From NCBI GenBank assembly GCA_964493715.1, contig CAZBPC010000002.1, positions 1 through 64,000 of the forward strand: DNA of 64,000 nucleotides, in the 5' to 3' direction. This DNA comes from an uncultured archaeon (GTDB lineage: Archaea; Asgardarchaeota; Lokiarchaeia; Sigyniarchaeales; SOKP01). The notes beneath the pieces were generated by a model. The model had not been told where the DNA came from, did not search any database, and was given only the letters and a program-made list of their open reading frames with translations. Positions 30,994 to 41,600 of this stretch are shown in pieces (the stretch's first letter is position 1; every line of letters begins with the position of its first letter). Both the position numbers and the translations under genes were made by a program.

Positions 30994-32103
30994 ATTTCTA
31001 AATTAAAAGATGATCTTGAAAAGAAAGTAATATTTACGGATGACGTTATTAGAGAAAGACTTGGGAAATATGGTGTGGTATACTTTCCGGAAGATATTAA
31101 AGAATCCGTTGATGATATATTAGGGAATGCAAAGATAAAAGAAATACTTGAAGATTTCTTCAAAGCTTTGAACAAGTATTATGATTTTGTGGAACAGTTA
31201 AAAAATACCAATTTAGCTCCAAATCTCACAGTACTTTTATATGGTCCTCCAGGAACAGGCAAAACCTCACTAACTAGAGGATTTGCAAAAAAATATGGCG
31301 TGCCAATATGTGTAGTTGAATCAGATCGCCTTGTTTCACCGTTATTAGGAGATACAATTAAAAACATAAGAAATGTGGTGGAGTTAGCTTCAGAAATTTC
31401 TAAAGAGAGAGGTGCTTTTGTTTTATTTTTTGATGAAATTGATGCTGTTGGTTCAGAACGATCCAACACACATGAAGTAGGAGAAATCAAAAGAGCTGTC
31501 ATTTCGTTTTTACAGGTAATTGATAGAGTAAATTATGAAGGTGTACCATTAGCAATATTCGGAGCCACAAATCACCAACATCAATTAGATTCAGCAATAT
31601 GGAGGCGCTTTACATTTCATTTTAGATTTGATTTTCCGGATTATAATTTAAGAAAGAAGATAATTGAAGCTTTTTTAGATAAAATCAAACAAGCAAAAAT
31701 AGGTGTTGATAATCAAATTTTTTCTAATTTAAATGAGGAATATAATCGTATGCAAAAAATTGAAAAAGAAATTACAAATAAAATGGGGCAGAACGTCACT
31801 GAATTTGATGATATAATATTATGGAATGAAATTTCCAAGAAAATTAAAGGAGAGGGGTTATTAAAATTGACTCACGGATATTCTGGATCTGATATCGAAA
31901 GAGGAACTAAAGTTGCATTATTAAAAGCGATTACTATCGAACTCCTAACTTACGATCTATTCTATGATTCCTTAAAGTTAGTTGGAGGTACAGCAATTCA
32001 TGTCGAACGTCAAAATACTCTAGCAACTACGAGAGGATTCATATTAAAAGATGAAAGAAATGAGAAAAAATCTAATAGGGATAATAAACCTCCTGAAATT
32101 TAA
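30994..32103 (+). CDS. AAA+ ATPase (classic AAA clade, single domain); start probably ATT at 30994 (ORF track gives 31075)
   Basis: GPPGTGKT, FFDEIDA, ATN, LDSAIWRRF, GYSGSDI. Confidence 0.88.
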   Translation: MSKLKDDLEKKVIFTDDVIRERLGKYGVVYFPEDIKESVDDILGNAKIKEILEDFFKALNKYYDFVEQLKNTNLAPNLTVLLYGPPGTGKTSLTRGFAKKYGVPICVVESDRLVSPLLGDTIKNIRNVVELASEISKERGAFVLFFDEIDAVGSERSNTHEVGEIKRAVISFLQVIDRVNYEGVPLAIFGATNHQHQLDSAIWRRFTFHFRFDFPDYNLRKKIIEAFLDKIKQAKIGVDNQIFSNLNEEYNRMQKIEKEITNKMGQNVTEFDDIILWNEISKKIKGEGLLKLTHGYSGSDIERGTKVALLKAITIELLTYDLFYDSLKLVGGTAIHVERQNTLATTRGFILKDERNEKKSNRDNKPPEI

Positions 32104-32142
32104 TCCTTTAATATATGAATATGATAATAAAATTGATGAAAA

Positions 32143-33183
32143 ATGTCAAAAGATTACATTCTTGATTTAAGTAGAATAAAAAGTATCACACAACCTTTAT
32201 TAACCCTCCAAAATGGATTAGGGTCCCTTTCCCCTTTATTAGAGCAAATAGAGCAATCGAAAAATGGTTTTCATAAAATCCTCTTTTTAAATATGGATAA
32301 ACAACAATTTAATCAGATAATAACTCTAATTCAAGAATTACATAAGGAATTAACTCAAATAACACACAAAAATATCACTAATTTCCTTGCTTTTCAAGAT
32401 AATTTGTTGAAAAAATATAGGGAGCAATATAGAGATCGTTTATTAAGATTGAAAATCGACCAGGAAAAAAGTAAAAACCTTGGCCTTTACTTAATTGGTC
32501 AGAAAAAAATAAGCAAGGTAGATCATCAGATTTCCTACGTTAACTCTATTATTCTGGATGACTGGTTCAATCTTTTAGATTCTTTAAATCAAAACTCTAA
32601 TTTTTTGAGTTTAATCCCTAAAATAAGAGATTATTACAAAAAAATCACTCACAATAGATTAAAAATGGAATTAGAAAAGATACCTGAGGAATTTGATGTA
32701 ATGATCAAACGTGAATTCAAGAATGCTTTTAATGAAGATCCTGATTTATCTTTTGAACAATTTTTCAATGAAAATGAAAAGATGTTAACTGCTGCCGATT
32801 TAAACACAAGAAGAGAAGTGTTACAAAGAGTCAAGGAAAAAGAAGAATTAGAAAAATTAAAATTAAAGCAAGAAGAGCAAAATCAAGGTTATAAAGATTA
32901 CTTAAAATTATCTGCAAAAGAATTTGAAAGGCGAAGGAGAAAAAAATCAAGAGAAAAATTAAGTGAGATTGATATTTCTTCCAACCCAAAAGAAGAAATA
33001 GAAATTAGTAAAGAAGTATCTGAGAAAATAGAACAATTTAAATCACAATTCGAAAAAAAATTTCAAGATGATTATTTAACAGGATTAGATCAAGAACTAG
33101 ATCCACTAGATTTAATTAGAGAAAGGAAAAAACTGAAAGCTGAAGAGTTTAAGAAATTCAAAAAACATTTTGATCAGGAATGA
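32143..33183 (+). CDS. Hypothetical charged coiled-coil protein
   Basis: 346-aa ORF with K/E-rich C-terminus. Confidence 0.7.
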   Translation: MSKDYILDLSRIKSITQPLLTLQNGLGSLSPLLEQIEQSKNGFHKILFLNMDKQQFNQIITLIQELHKELTQITHKNITNFLAFQDNLLKKYREQYRDRLLRLKIDQEKSKNLGLYLIGQKKISKVDHQISYVNSIILDDWFNLLDSLNQNSNFLSLIPKIRDYYKKITHNRLKMELEKIPEEFDVMIKREFKNAFNEDPDLSFEQFFNENEKMLTAADLNTRREVLQRVKEKEELEKLKLKQEEQNQGYKDYLKLSAKEFERRRRKKSREKLSEIDISSNPKEEIEISKEVSEKIEQFKSQFEKKFQDDYLTGLDQELDPLDLIRERKKLKAEEFKKFKKHFDQE

Positions 33184-33187
33184 ATAA

Positions 33188-34804
33188 ATGACAGTTGAGG
33201 ATGAACATAAACAAATAACTATAGGAACGCAGAAATATAATATCCAAGATAAGTTAACATTGATATTAGGAAAGATTAAAGACGATGACTTAATCTCATT
33301 TAAGGATGAAAATTTAGTTGATTTAATCACAAATTTAGATCCTTTACCAGTAGAGAATATTATTAAAAATCTAAAATCAGTTTACCCCGTTATCACAAAA
33401 TCGATCAATCTCTTGAAATACTTAAAAGATTATATTAAAACTATCGAATTAAATACTGAAATTATATCAGATTATAATAAATTGGCTCAGAAAATCATTC
33501 TTTCATTTCAATTCGTATTTCTGAACAATGAAAAATCTCAACTCAATGACGAATTAGAGATCGCAAAATTATCCAAGCAATCAAGTGAAATAAAAGCAAT
33601 TTCAGATTTATTGGAGAAGTTAAATGAATCTTTAGCACATAATAAAACCAATTTGACTTATTTAGAGCAAGATTACCAAAAAAAGAAAAATCAAATTGAT
33701 AAAATAAACCAAGAAATCCAAAATGCAAATGATATTATACAAAGCTTGACAAATAAGAAAAAATTATGTTTTAGGTATATCAATAACATCACACGTAATA
33801 TGGATTTATCATCAAAATTAATAATTAATGAAGCAGAAATCAATTCAACATTAGATTTAGATCCTGATTTAACCAATGCTGAAAAAATCAGAAAACTGCA
33901 AATTAAAGCAAGAGAAATACAGCATGACATAAATCAGCATAAATTAAAAATAGACGAAACTAAACTTAAATATGACAATTTATCACCCCAATTTAAAATA
34001 ATTAGTGAGGATTATGAAAAACTTGTTCATTTGATTGAAGAAGATGAAAATAAAGTAAAAAAAAAAGAACATAAACTGAAAGATATGATATCAGGATTAG
34101 ATCCTAAAATGAATGAAAAATTACAAAAAATTGATTTTAGATCTATTCAAACCCCCTCCCAAATAGAATCAGAATTATCAAATATTGAATCGAGATTAAA
34201 TACAATTTTAACAAACGAAACCTTCATCCATGATAATTCTTTTATTAAAGTCGAGGAGGTAATAAAGGAGCTTAATAAATTAATTATTTATTCAAAGAAA
34301 AATAAAAACCAAATTACAATTTCTGATGCAAATCAAAAATTCACCGATATGTTTGAAGGCTACTTCACATTAGAGTCTATTGTTAGTAAATTAGAGGAAA
34401 TACTTAATTTACTATTAAGTGAGATAGATTTACGAGTAAACTTAGAAATATCAATTACCGAAGGATATACAAAATTATTAATTCATCCTCAATTTGCCAG
34501 AAATAAGGCACAAAATTTACAATATGATGACTTAACGACCCCCGAAAAGATATTTTTCGTAATTATAATGTACATATCAATAAAAATGCTCCAAAAATCA
34601 AAAACAATACTTTTTTCAAATGTTTTCATTCCCGAATCTTATAATAAGCGAGGATCGATATTTAGAACAATTAGAAGGTTAGTCCAAATTTTTGAGAGAA
34701 ATTCTTATTTCAATGATTATACTATCGTCTTTATAATTTCAAATTTAGAATTGAAAAAACAAATGGAAAATATAAAAATAATAAAAATTAAAGAAAGTGA
34801 TTAG
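33188..34804 (+). CDS. Long coiled-coil protein with degenerate SMC/ABC-like C-terminal lobe
   Basis: ~300-aa coiled coil then YDDLTTPEKIFF...ILFSN...VFIISN, resembling signature/Walker-B region; no Walker A. Confidence 0.55.
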   Translation: MTVEDEHKQITIGTQKYNIQDKLTLILGKIKDDDLISFKDENLVDLITNLDPLPVENIIKNLKSVYPVITKSINLLKYLKDYIKTIELNTEIISDYNKLAQKIILSFQFVFLNNEKSQLNDELEIAKLSKQSSEIKAISDLLEKLNESLAHNKTNLTYLEQDYQKKKNQIDKINQEIQNANDIIQSLTNKKKLCFRYINNITRNMDLSSKLIINEAEINSTLDLDPDLTNAEKIRKLQIKAREIQHDINQHKLKIDETKLKYDNLSPQFKIISEDYEKLVHLIEEDENKVKKKEHKLKDMISGLDPKMNEKLQKIDFRSIQTPSQIESELSNIESRLNTILTNETFIHDNSFIKVEEVIKELNKLIIYSKKNKNQITISDANQKFTDMFEGYFTLESIVSKLEEILNLLLSEIDLRVNLEISITEGYTKLLIHPQFARNKAQNLQYDDLTTPEKIFFVIIMYISIKMLQKSKTILFSNVFIPESYNKRGSIFRTIRRLVQIFERNSYFNDYTIVFIISNLELKKQMENIKIIKIKESD

Positions 34805-34810
34805 AAATTT

Positions 34811-35308
34811 ATGGAAAATCAAGATATTGAAACTACTGTTAGAAAAATAACAAAGCTCATTTTAACAAATCCTCAAAAATTAATAAGAGAAGAAGACTTG
34901 AAAACTTTAAGTAGCGAGCAAGATTTTGAGGATCTTATAAGTAAAGTTTACATTAATTTACAAAATGTTGGATTTGAATTAATCAAAACAAAATTTTTTG
35001 ACCAAAGCTTCTATGTGTTAACCACCGATGGCATGGATGACACTATCTCACCCTCTCAATATGGAATATTAGCTTTAATAACTGCTCTTAGTAAAGAACT
35101 AGAAGAAAATTTACCAATAAAAGATATTAAAGAATTATTTGCCGAAGTATGGGATTCAGACGTTAAATTGTTAATAGATAATGATTACTTAAGAGAAAAT
35201 GAGGATTTAGCAATTATTAGAGTTTCTCCTCTTGGAAAAGCCATACTAAAGAATATAATTCAAGATCTAAGATTAAAAAACTTGTTAAATGTTTTTGAAG
35301 AAGAATAA
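34811..35308 (+). CDS. Tandem winged-helix-like protein
   Basis: LQNVGFELI and LIDNDYL...IRVSPLGKA patterns. Confidence 0.6.
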   Translation: MENQDIETTVRKITKLILTNPQKLIREEDLKTLSSEQDFEDLISKVYINLQNVGFELIKTKFFDQSFYVLTTDGMDDTISPSQYGILALITALSKELEENLPIKDIKELFAEVWDSDVKLLIDNDYLRENEDLAIIRVSPLGKAILKNIIQDLRLKNLLNVFEEE

Positions 35309-35341
35309 CCTTATTATAATAAAAAAAAATAGAAGATGCGA

Positions 35342-35755
35342 TTATTTCTCAAGATCCAATATAAATTGCTCATAAATTTTCTTTACTCGATCCGCTGATG
35401 GCCCCGTTCCTCTCACTCCGTTTTCATCAACGATAATTTTACCATTTAAAATTGAAATAATGTTTTGATCTTCTATGTAATTAACGTGTCCAGAGAAGAT
35501 TGTTCCGATTCTCTCTGATAAAGCTACCATGGGAAATGGTTCATCTTCTATACTCACAAAATTATAATACGAGCTACGCACTAATAACTTAGGAAAAGAT
35601 TTATTTTTATCATTTTTTGCGTTCACAAGTATAAGGTTTGAATCTTCGGATACTCCTTTTAATTGACCTACAAAAAATCCATCTCCCTCTAAGTAGACCT
35701 TAACGATCTTATCTATGAGTAAACCTAATTCTTGATTATATGATCTAAGCGACAT
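35342..35755 (-). CDS. Sm/Lsm-like protein with C-terminal extension (SmAP3-like)
   Basis: VKVYL..G.L.G...NLILVNA...LLVR Sm1/Sm2 motifs plus C-terminal domain. Confidence 0.8.
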   Translation of the reverse strand: MSLRSYNQELGLLIDKIVKVYLEGDGFFVGQLKGVSEDSNLILVNAKNDKNKSFPKLLVRSSYYNFVSIEDEPFPMVALSERIGTIFSGHVNYIEDQNIISILNGKIIVDENGVRGTGPSADRVKKIYEQFILDLEK

Positions 35756-35856
35756 GTTTATGATTAATTAAGATTATTTTCTATGTTATTAATATTAAAT
35801 ATGATCATTTGCTTTTATTCTTAATTCAGATCAGTATGCGATTTCTTATATTTATA

Positions 35857-36495
35857 TTAAGAAAGGAGTAAATTAATCAAATTAGATATATTCTCTCCAG
35901 TCTGTGCGCTTGTAGGAATTACTTCTAAATTAGGATTAATCTCTTTTGCATCTAAAATCATTTCGTCAATATCTACATCAATAACATCTAATAAATCGAT
36001 TTTATTAATTATTGCTATATCTGACATCTTGAATAGCAAAGGATGTTTTTTTATCACCCATTCTCCTTCTGTAATGGATACAACGACAATTCTTTTATCA
36101 GCACCTAAAATAAAATCAGATGGGCAAATCAAGTTTCCCACATTTTCAATAAAAACAATATCATAATTACTTAAATCGATATTTTTTAGCACTTGATTGA
36201 TATGATAAGAATTTAAAGCACATTCCCTTCCAGTATTTATTTGAATCGATTTTGCCCCATATTGTTCGATCCTGTCAGCATCAATTCTTGTTGCAACATC
36301 ACCATTAATAACAAGTACGTTGTTATCATTAGAAATTTTTTTAACGATTGCCTCTAGTAAGGCAGTTTTACCTGCTCCAATAGCACCTACAATATCAAAC
36401 GATTTTATATTATGTTTTCTAAATAGTTCACTATTTTTGGATGCTAATCTCTCATTATTATCGATTAAGTCTTCATTTAACTCAATAATTTTCAT
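35857..36495 (-). CDS. hypB: Hydrogenase nickel-incorporation GTPase HypB
   Basis: GAGKTALLE, ENVGNLICP, NKIDL, TSAQTG. Confidence 0.93.
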   Translation of the reverse strand: MKIIELNEDLIDNNERLASKNSELFRKHNIKSFDIVGAIGAGKTALLEAIVKKISNDNNVLVINGDVATRIDADRIEQYGAKSIQINTGRECALNSYHINQVLKNIDLSNYDIVFIENVGNLICPSDFILGADKRIVVVSITEGEWVIKKHPLLFKMSDIAIINKIDLLDVIDVDIDEMILDAKEINPNLEVIPTSAQTGENISNLINLLLS

Positions 36496-36522
36496 GATAT
36501 TTGTTTTTAGTTTTTTTTGATT

Positions 36523-37449
36523 TTAGTATCTACTTCTTATTTGATATCGAAATACAACATAAGCTCCAATGATTCCACCTAAATCAGGGAGATAGTATAT
36601 GAAAGAGAGAGGGCTAAATAATACTGGGAAAATCCTCAGTAATATGATTATAATTAATAAGGTTTTTCCTTTCAACCTTACTGGAATGATCATCATTAGC
36701 GCTGTTATTTCTTGATTCATTACGGGGAATATTGAATATGAAATTAAACCTAAAATACCTCCCCATGCGAATCCTATAGGAATTGCCACTAAATTTATTG
36801 GTGCAATACTAATTAATGAAAATCTTAAAAGGATAAATAACAAAAGAGAAAAAAAACTTGATATCATAAAAAGTTTGAAAAGAAAGGATGATCCAAATCT
36901 TATTTCAATAGATCTGGAGAGCAAATACGTGAAAAATAACATTATCGCTAAAAAAAATATATCAATAAATGCATAGTAGCTAAATAAATTAATTTCTGTA
37001 ATGAATAGAGAAGTGAGAATCGTTTGAAATGCGTAATTATTTATTAATCCATTCAAACTAAAATAAATAAATAATTGAAGATTGTTTGCTGCAAAGAATG
37101 ATGCAACTATGGAAAAGACTAAAATAAAAATTAATAGTGTTTTTGTCCCTCTAAAATTCGTGCTCCAATTATTTGAGCGTTTTACTCTTGGTAAATAATT
37201 TTGGTCTTGCCGTTTTAAGTAATTATTCAATTGTTTTTGCTGCTTGGACTTAGATTTTATTTTTTTTGGTTTAATAAGTAAAGGATCCCCTCCAGTAGAA
37301 GTCTTCGGTACTAAGGGGATATGCTTTAATTCAAACGTACACTGATGATTCTCAGGTAATCTATGCTTCTTACAAAATTGTTTCCCGCAGTATTTGCACC
37401 GAAACGGTAAATATCCAATTTCTTCTCCACAAAATTTACATAAGGACAT
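36523..37449 (-). CDS. AN1 zinc finger plus rhomboid-like membrane domain (probably non-catalytic)
   Basis: C..C...LPFRCKYCGKQFCKKHRLPENHQC; multi-TM region has GFAWGG and PDLGG where active rhomboids have GxSG and AHLGG. Confidence 0.75.
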   Translation of the reverse strand: MSLCKFCGEEIGYLPFRCKYCGKQFCKKHRLPENHQCTFELKHIPLVPKTSTGGDPLLIKPKKIKSKSKQQKQLNNYLKRQDQNYLPRVKRSNNWSTNFRGTKTLLIFILVFSIVASFFAANNLQLFIYFSLNGLINNYAFQTILTSLFITEINLFSYYAFIDIFFLAIMLFFTYLLSRSIEIRFGSSFLFKLFMISSFFSLLLFILLRFSLISIAPINLVAIPIGFAWGGILGLISYSIFPVMNQEITALMMIIPVRLKGKTLLIIIILLRIFPVLFSPLSFIYYLPDLGGIIGAYVVFRYQIRSRY

Positions 37450-37547
37450 TAGATAGCGATATTCAAATATATTAATTTAAAAATATCATGAAACTCATTG
37501 ATACTCTATAATTATGGTTTATAAAAAAATGATTCTGTTAAATTTTA

Positions 37548-38480
37548 TTATATCGGGATATATGGATTCGATCCAACTGGGGCATATATACTAATCAAGG
37601 TTATAACTAATAATACCGTTAAAGGTACTATGAGAGTGATATAAACTTTTTTGCTCCATTTCCAGATATTCTGACCATCTAAAATTCCAAAGGGGATCAT
37701 GTTAAATAAACCAAGCATGAAATTAAATTGAGCTCCATATCCAATAAAATAATTCAAGGGATATAATACAGGGGGTATTATGTAAGAAATTAATAATAGA
37801 ATAGAACCATAAATCAAATTAACAAGGGGTCCAGCAGCTTTACATAATCCTGTTTTCCTACTTACTTTATCTAACCCTAAAACGACTACCGCTCCGGGTA
37901 AAGCCATTCGTCCCAATGATATTAACGTCATGAGCATCCCGTAAGTAAGCAATCTGAATTTTGTTTGCAAGCCAAAATGAAGTGCTACCTGCCGGTGACC
38001 AAATTCATGGAAGAGAAAAGCGGTCACGTAAAATGCTGAAAGCATGAACCAAGCCCAAATTAAACCATATGATACCACGTCAAAAAACGACACAAGTCCA
38101 ATAATAAATATTAGAGTGCTTGCGATCAGAAAATGCACTAATTCCGATTTATGTGCTAATAGAATCCCTTTAAATTTTATCCCCGAATTCGGATCAAATG
38201 CATTATCAGGAATTTGTTTTTCTTGTTTATACCACGTATATGTACCGTCAGTGGTTCCTCGAATTATAGAACTTCCTGATTCATTTTCAACCATAGATGA
38301 TCGAATTGAGGAAGTGACTGATTGAGGGCTTGCTTGAAATATTTGAACAGTTGAAGATTCTTTAACTATATTACATTCATGGTCTATTGGATCTTTATGA
38401 AGAAAACAATAATTCTGTCCACATTGAATACAATTATGTATTTCTGGAACAACTTCTCCGCAATGGTAACATATTGGTAT
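37548..38480 (-). CDS. AN1-like zinc finger plus M50 (site-2) metalloprotease; true start is upstream of the ORF-track call, at an ATA
   Basis: In-frame upstream (M)PICYHC...CIQCGQNYCFLHKDPIDHEC; HEFGH, AAGP, FNMIPFGILDG. Confidence 0.8.
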   Translation of the reverse strand: MPICYHCGEVVPEIHNCIQCGQNYCFLHKDPIDHECNIVKESSTVQIFQASPQSVTSSIRSSMVENESGSSIIRGTTDGTYTWYKQEKQIPDNAFDPNSGIKFKGILLAHKSELVHFLIASTLIFIIGLVSFFDVVSYGLIWAWFMLSAFYVTAFLFHEFGHRQVALHFGLQTKFRLLTYGMLMTLISLGRMALPGAVVVLGLDKVSRKTGLCKAAGPLVNLIYGSILLLISYIIPPVLYPLNYFIGYGAQFNFMLGLFNMIPFGILDGQNIWKWSKKVYITLIVPLTVLLVITLISIYAPVGSNPYIPI

Positions 38481-38651
38481 TATGAAAAACCTCTTTATGA
38501 TAATTTAATAAAAATATAATATATATTATGATATATAATTTGATATATAAAATTCCATGCTTTTAATTGTCATCAAAATAGATTTATTAGGTCGTAGTTG
38601 GATAAATTAATTATATTCAAAATTATTGATCTGGATAATAAGAAATTAATT

Positions 38652-38783
38652 ATGAGTGATGAAGAAAATAAACCGACTTCTGAGGATATAAAAAAAGAAC
38701 GAAAAAATTTAGAAGAGCTAGGAGTGACTAGCACATGGAATCTTTTATCTGATTTAGCAAAGAAAAAAAAAGATGATGATTAA
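38652..38783 (+). CDS. 43-aa hypothetical protein
   Basis: MSDEENK...GVTSTWNLLSDLAKKKKDDD; protein-like composition. Confidence 0.5.
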   Translation: MSDEENKPTSEDIKKERKNLEELGVTSTWNLLSDLAKKKKDDD

Positions 38784-38907
38784 AGATTCTTATCAAATCT
38801 TTTAAAATTCACAATTGCTTTTTTGGATTCAAAAAATAAATTAAAGAAGAATAATTTTAGAAAATAATAAAAACATCAACATTTGGTCGATTAATACGGG
38901 GAAAAAC

Positions 38908-39126
38908 GTGGTCTATTGTCCAGTGTGCGAAGCAAACGTAGAGCTAAGGCGTAAAAATTTTGAACATATCTACCACGAAGTATTATGTTTTTTGGTTACA
39001 CTTACCGCAGGCCTAGGATTCATCGTCTATCTTATTTTAAAATATAGTAAACCGAAAAATCGTTGCCCAAATTGTGAGTTACAATTTGATTTAAACAACC
39101 TACCCAATATATTGGAGAAAAATTAA
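38908..39126 (+). CDS. Small Zn-binding membrane protein (LITAF-like topology)
   Basis: CPVC, hydrophobic hairpin, CPNC. Confidence 0.65.
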   Translation: MVYCPVCEANVELRRKNFEHIYHEVLCFLVTLTAGLGFIVYLILKYSKPKNRCPNCELQFDLNNLPNILEKN

Positions 39127-39404
39127 ACATCAACTACTTTTACCTTCATTTCCTTCTTACATCGTGGGCAAATCTTATCGTTATCTTTAAGGTTTTTCTT
39201 TCTTAATATTTTTTTATACTTACACTTCGAATCTGAACAAGTTAATACAAATTTAGTTAATAAATGTGAGTCCTTATTAGTTTCTACAACTGGTGGTTGA
39301 AATTCGAATTCCTCAATTTTATCTTCTATTTTTCTTTTTTTTGGAGGTTTCTTTTGAACTTTTTTGTTATCTCCATTATCTTTTATCCATTTATCTAAGC
39401 TCAT
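39123..39404 (-). CDS. Small Zn-ribbon protein
   Basis: CSDSKC...CPRC; N-terminal SLDKWI. Confidence 0.65.
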   Translation of the reverse strand: MSLDKWIKDNGDNKKVQKKPPKKRKIEDKIEEFEFQPPVVETNKDSHLLTKFVLTCSDSKCKYKKILRKKNLKDNDKICPRCKKEMKVKVVDV

Positions 39405-39547
39405 AACATAACCACTGATTTTATAGCATTTATTCGATCATTGTAATATTACATCTAAATATTATTACTTCATCTTGCTACAAATAATATAATTCTGATC
39501 TATATATAAAAAAATAGTAAAAATAAAAATTAGGTTTGATTAGAGTT

Positions 39548-40789
39548 CTAAAAAACTTGTTCTTTCCCTTCTATTAAACGTTTTCTTAAAAGTATTAAGC
39601 TTTCTTTTCTCAACATTTCTTCACTTACTTCAGCCGCTATTTTTTCAATGCTTGTAAAGTTCACATTTTCAGCTGGGATCAATTCAATTGAATTTATCCA
39701 AGGGTCAGTTATGGGACGACCAATCTGAGATAGTAGTTTAACATGTGCCTCTATGATATCTCCTTCTCCTCGGTTTACAATCGCTCTGGCCATGTTTGTT
39801 GCTAAGATATTGTATATTTTTCCGACATGATTAATCGGGTTCTTTCCACAAACAGCTTCTAAACTCATTGTACGGCAAGGAGTGATCAAACCATTCGATC
39901 GATTTCCACGACCAACTTCACCATCATCACCAGCTTCTGCAGAAGTTCCTGTAATTGTAAGATATACTAATCCCTTTTCGAGGTTATCGCCTACATTTAC
40001 TTGACAAGTGACTTCTCTATCTGGAATTATTTTTGCTGCTAAATCCAAAACTGCATCTTTAATTTGGTTAGTGTAGCTTACATATTCATCAAGATCATTA
40101 ATGTATTTGCTAACCATTGCTGCTGCGATTGTAATTCCTACGTTATTCCCAATCCTTTCAGTCATTACCTTTATATCTTCTCCTGAACCTTTACACTTAT
40201 CTTTAAATTGTGGAGAATTTAGTAATCTTTCCGCTTCTAAAGTTATATTCTCAACATCAGAGAAGGGAGCAAAACCTACACCGAAACTTGTGTCATTTGC
40301 TAAAGGAACTTCATTAGAATGATGCGATGAGTCAAAAACTCCTGTCAAGTCAATTGATCCTGGACGAACAGCATAATCAAATTGTATATCTCGATTTAAA
40401 TCAAGGTTTCTAAAAATTTTTTCTAATTCAGTTCGTTGGGTTTCGATGCATATTGTCGCAACGGGAATATAATCTAACTTAGTTTCAGTTCCACACTCAG
40501 TAAGAATCTGATTGATAGCTCTCCCTACGATTAGAAAATATTGAGGTTGGATTATCATCCCTCCACCATAAGCAGGTTTCGCAGTTCCTCCAACTAAAGC
40601 TGCTTTATCGACATTATGATGGTATACGCGATCATAATGTTTTAAATAATATGCACATAACGCTCTTGAGCAAGCATCTGCGACAGCATCACATACAGTG
40701 TCTGGATGCCCTATTCCTTTCCTTTCAACTATTTCGGGATTTTGACTTTTTTCGATTGGTAAAAAATTTGCATTTGTTATTTTTAACAT
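39548..40789 (-). CDS. mat: Archaeal S-adenosylmethionine synthetase
   Basis: [46 protein letters not shown]. Confidence 0.96.
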   Translation of the reverse strand: MLKITNANFLPIEKSQNPEIVERKGIGHPDTVCDAVADACSRALCAYYLKHYDRVYHHNVDKAALVGGTAKPAYGGGMIIQPQYFLIVGRAINQILTECGTETKLDYIPVATICIETQRTELEKIFRNLDLNRDIQFDYAVRPGSIDLTGVFDSSHHSNEVPLANDTSFGVGFAPFSDVENITLEAERLLNSPQFKDKCKGSGEDIKVMTERIGNNVGITIAAAMVSKYINDLDEYVSYTNQIKDAVLDLAAKIIPDREVTCQVNVGDNLEKGLVYLTITGTSAEAGDDGEVGRGNRSNGLITPCRTMSLEAVCGKNPINHVGKIYNILATNMARAIVNRGEGDIIEAHVKLLSQIGRPITDPWINSIELIPAENVNFTSIEKIAAEVSEEMLRKESLILLRKRLIEGKEQVF

Positions 40790-40963
40790 GTTGCTAAACC
40801 AAGTTCTTATACATATAACTATGTTTTTATTTTAACTATGTTTTTAAATTAATGAGCTTATTTAATAATTATTGAAATGAAAATATCTCTGCAGCATTTT
40901 TTATGCATTCAGATTATACTAAATAAATTTTATGGATAAGTAATTAGAAATAAAGAAAGAGTT

Positions 40964-41533
40964 ATGAAAATCTTACCAGAATTTAAGGAAATCAAAGCTT
41001 TGAGGAAGTCTTTGAATATCAGCCAGAAAGAACTTGGAAAAATCTTAGAAATTCCCCAATCTACAATTTCTCGAATTGAAAATGAAACCATGGATCCTCC
41101 ATATTCTAAATTTAAGAAAATTTACGAATTTTTAGAGATAGAGCGTAGAAAGAGAAAGCAAACAGAAAATATCGCTGGTGATATTATGACAAAAAAAATT
41201 TATAGCATTGACTCGCGCTCAACAATGAAAGATGCGATGGAAATAATGAATAAATATAGCATTTCCCAAATACCAATAATAGAGAATAATGGGCAGAATT
41301 TAGGGAGTATAACTTCTAAAAAAATCCAAAAACTCATCATTGATAACCCAGAACTTATTAATACCAATGTATTGAATTTTAAAGAATTACCGTTTCCAGA
41401 GGTAGAAAAAACTTGGAATGTTAAGGATATTTCAAATCTTTTGGTGAATTATTCAGCTGTTTTAGTAAAGGAGTTTGATGAATATTTGGGAATCATAACT
41501 GATTCGAATTTTCTTAAATTAACTTTAAGGTGA
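40964..41533 (+). CDS. XRE HTH plus CBS-pair regulator
   Basis: ISQKELG...QSTISRIE, ISQIPII, GIIT. Confidence 0.9.
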   Translation: MKILPEFKEIKALRKSLNISQKELGKILEIPQSTISRIENETMDPPYSKFKKIYEFLEIERRKRKQTENIAGDIMTKKIYSIDSRSTMKDAMEIMNKYSISQIPIIENNGQNLGSITSKKIQKLIIDNPELINTNVLNFKELPFPEVEKTWNVKDISNLLVNYSAVLVKEFDEYLGIITDSNFLKLTLR

Positions 41534-41600
41534 TGTGAATCAATTTTAAATCAAAAAAAGAATTTTTTAAGTAATTCATATTTCTAGTAATGTAGATATT

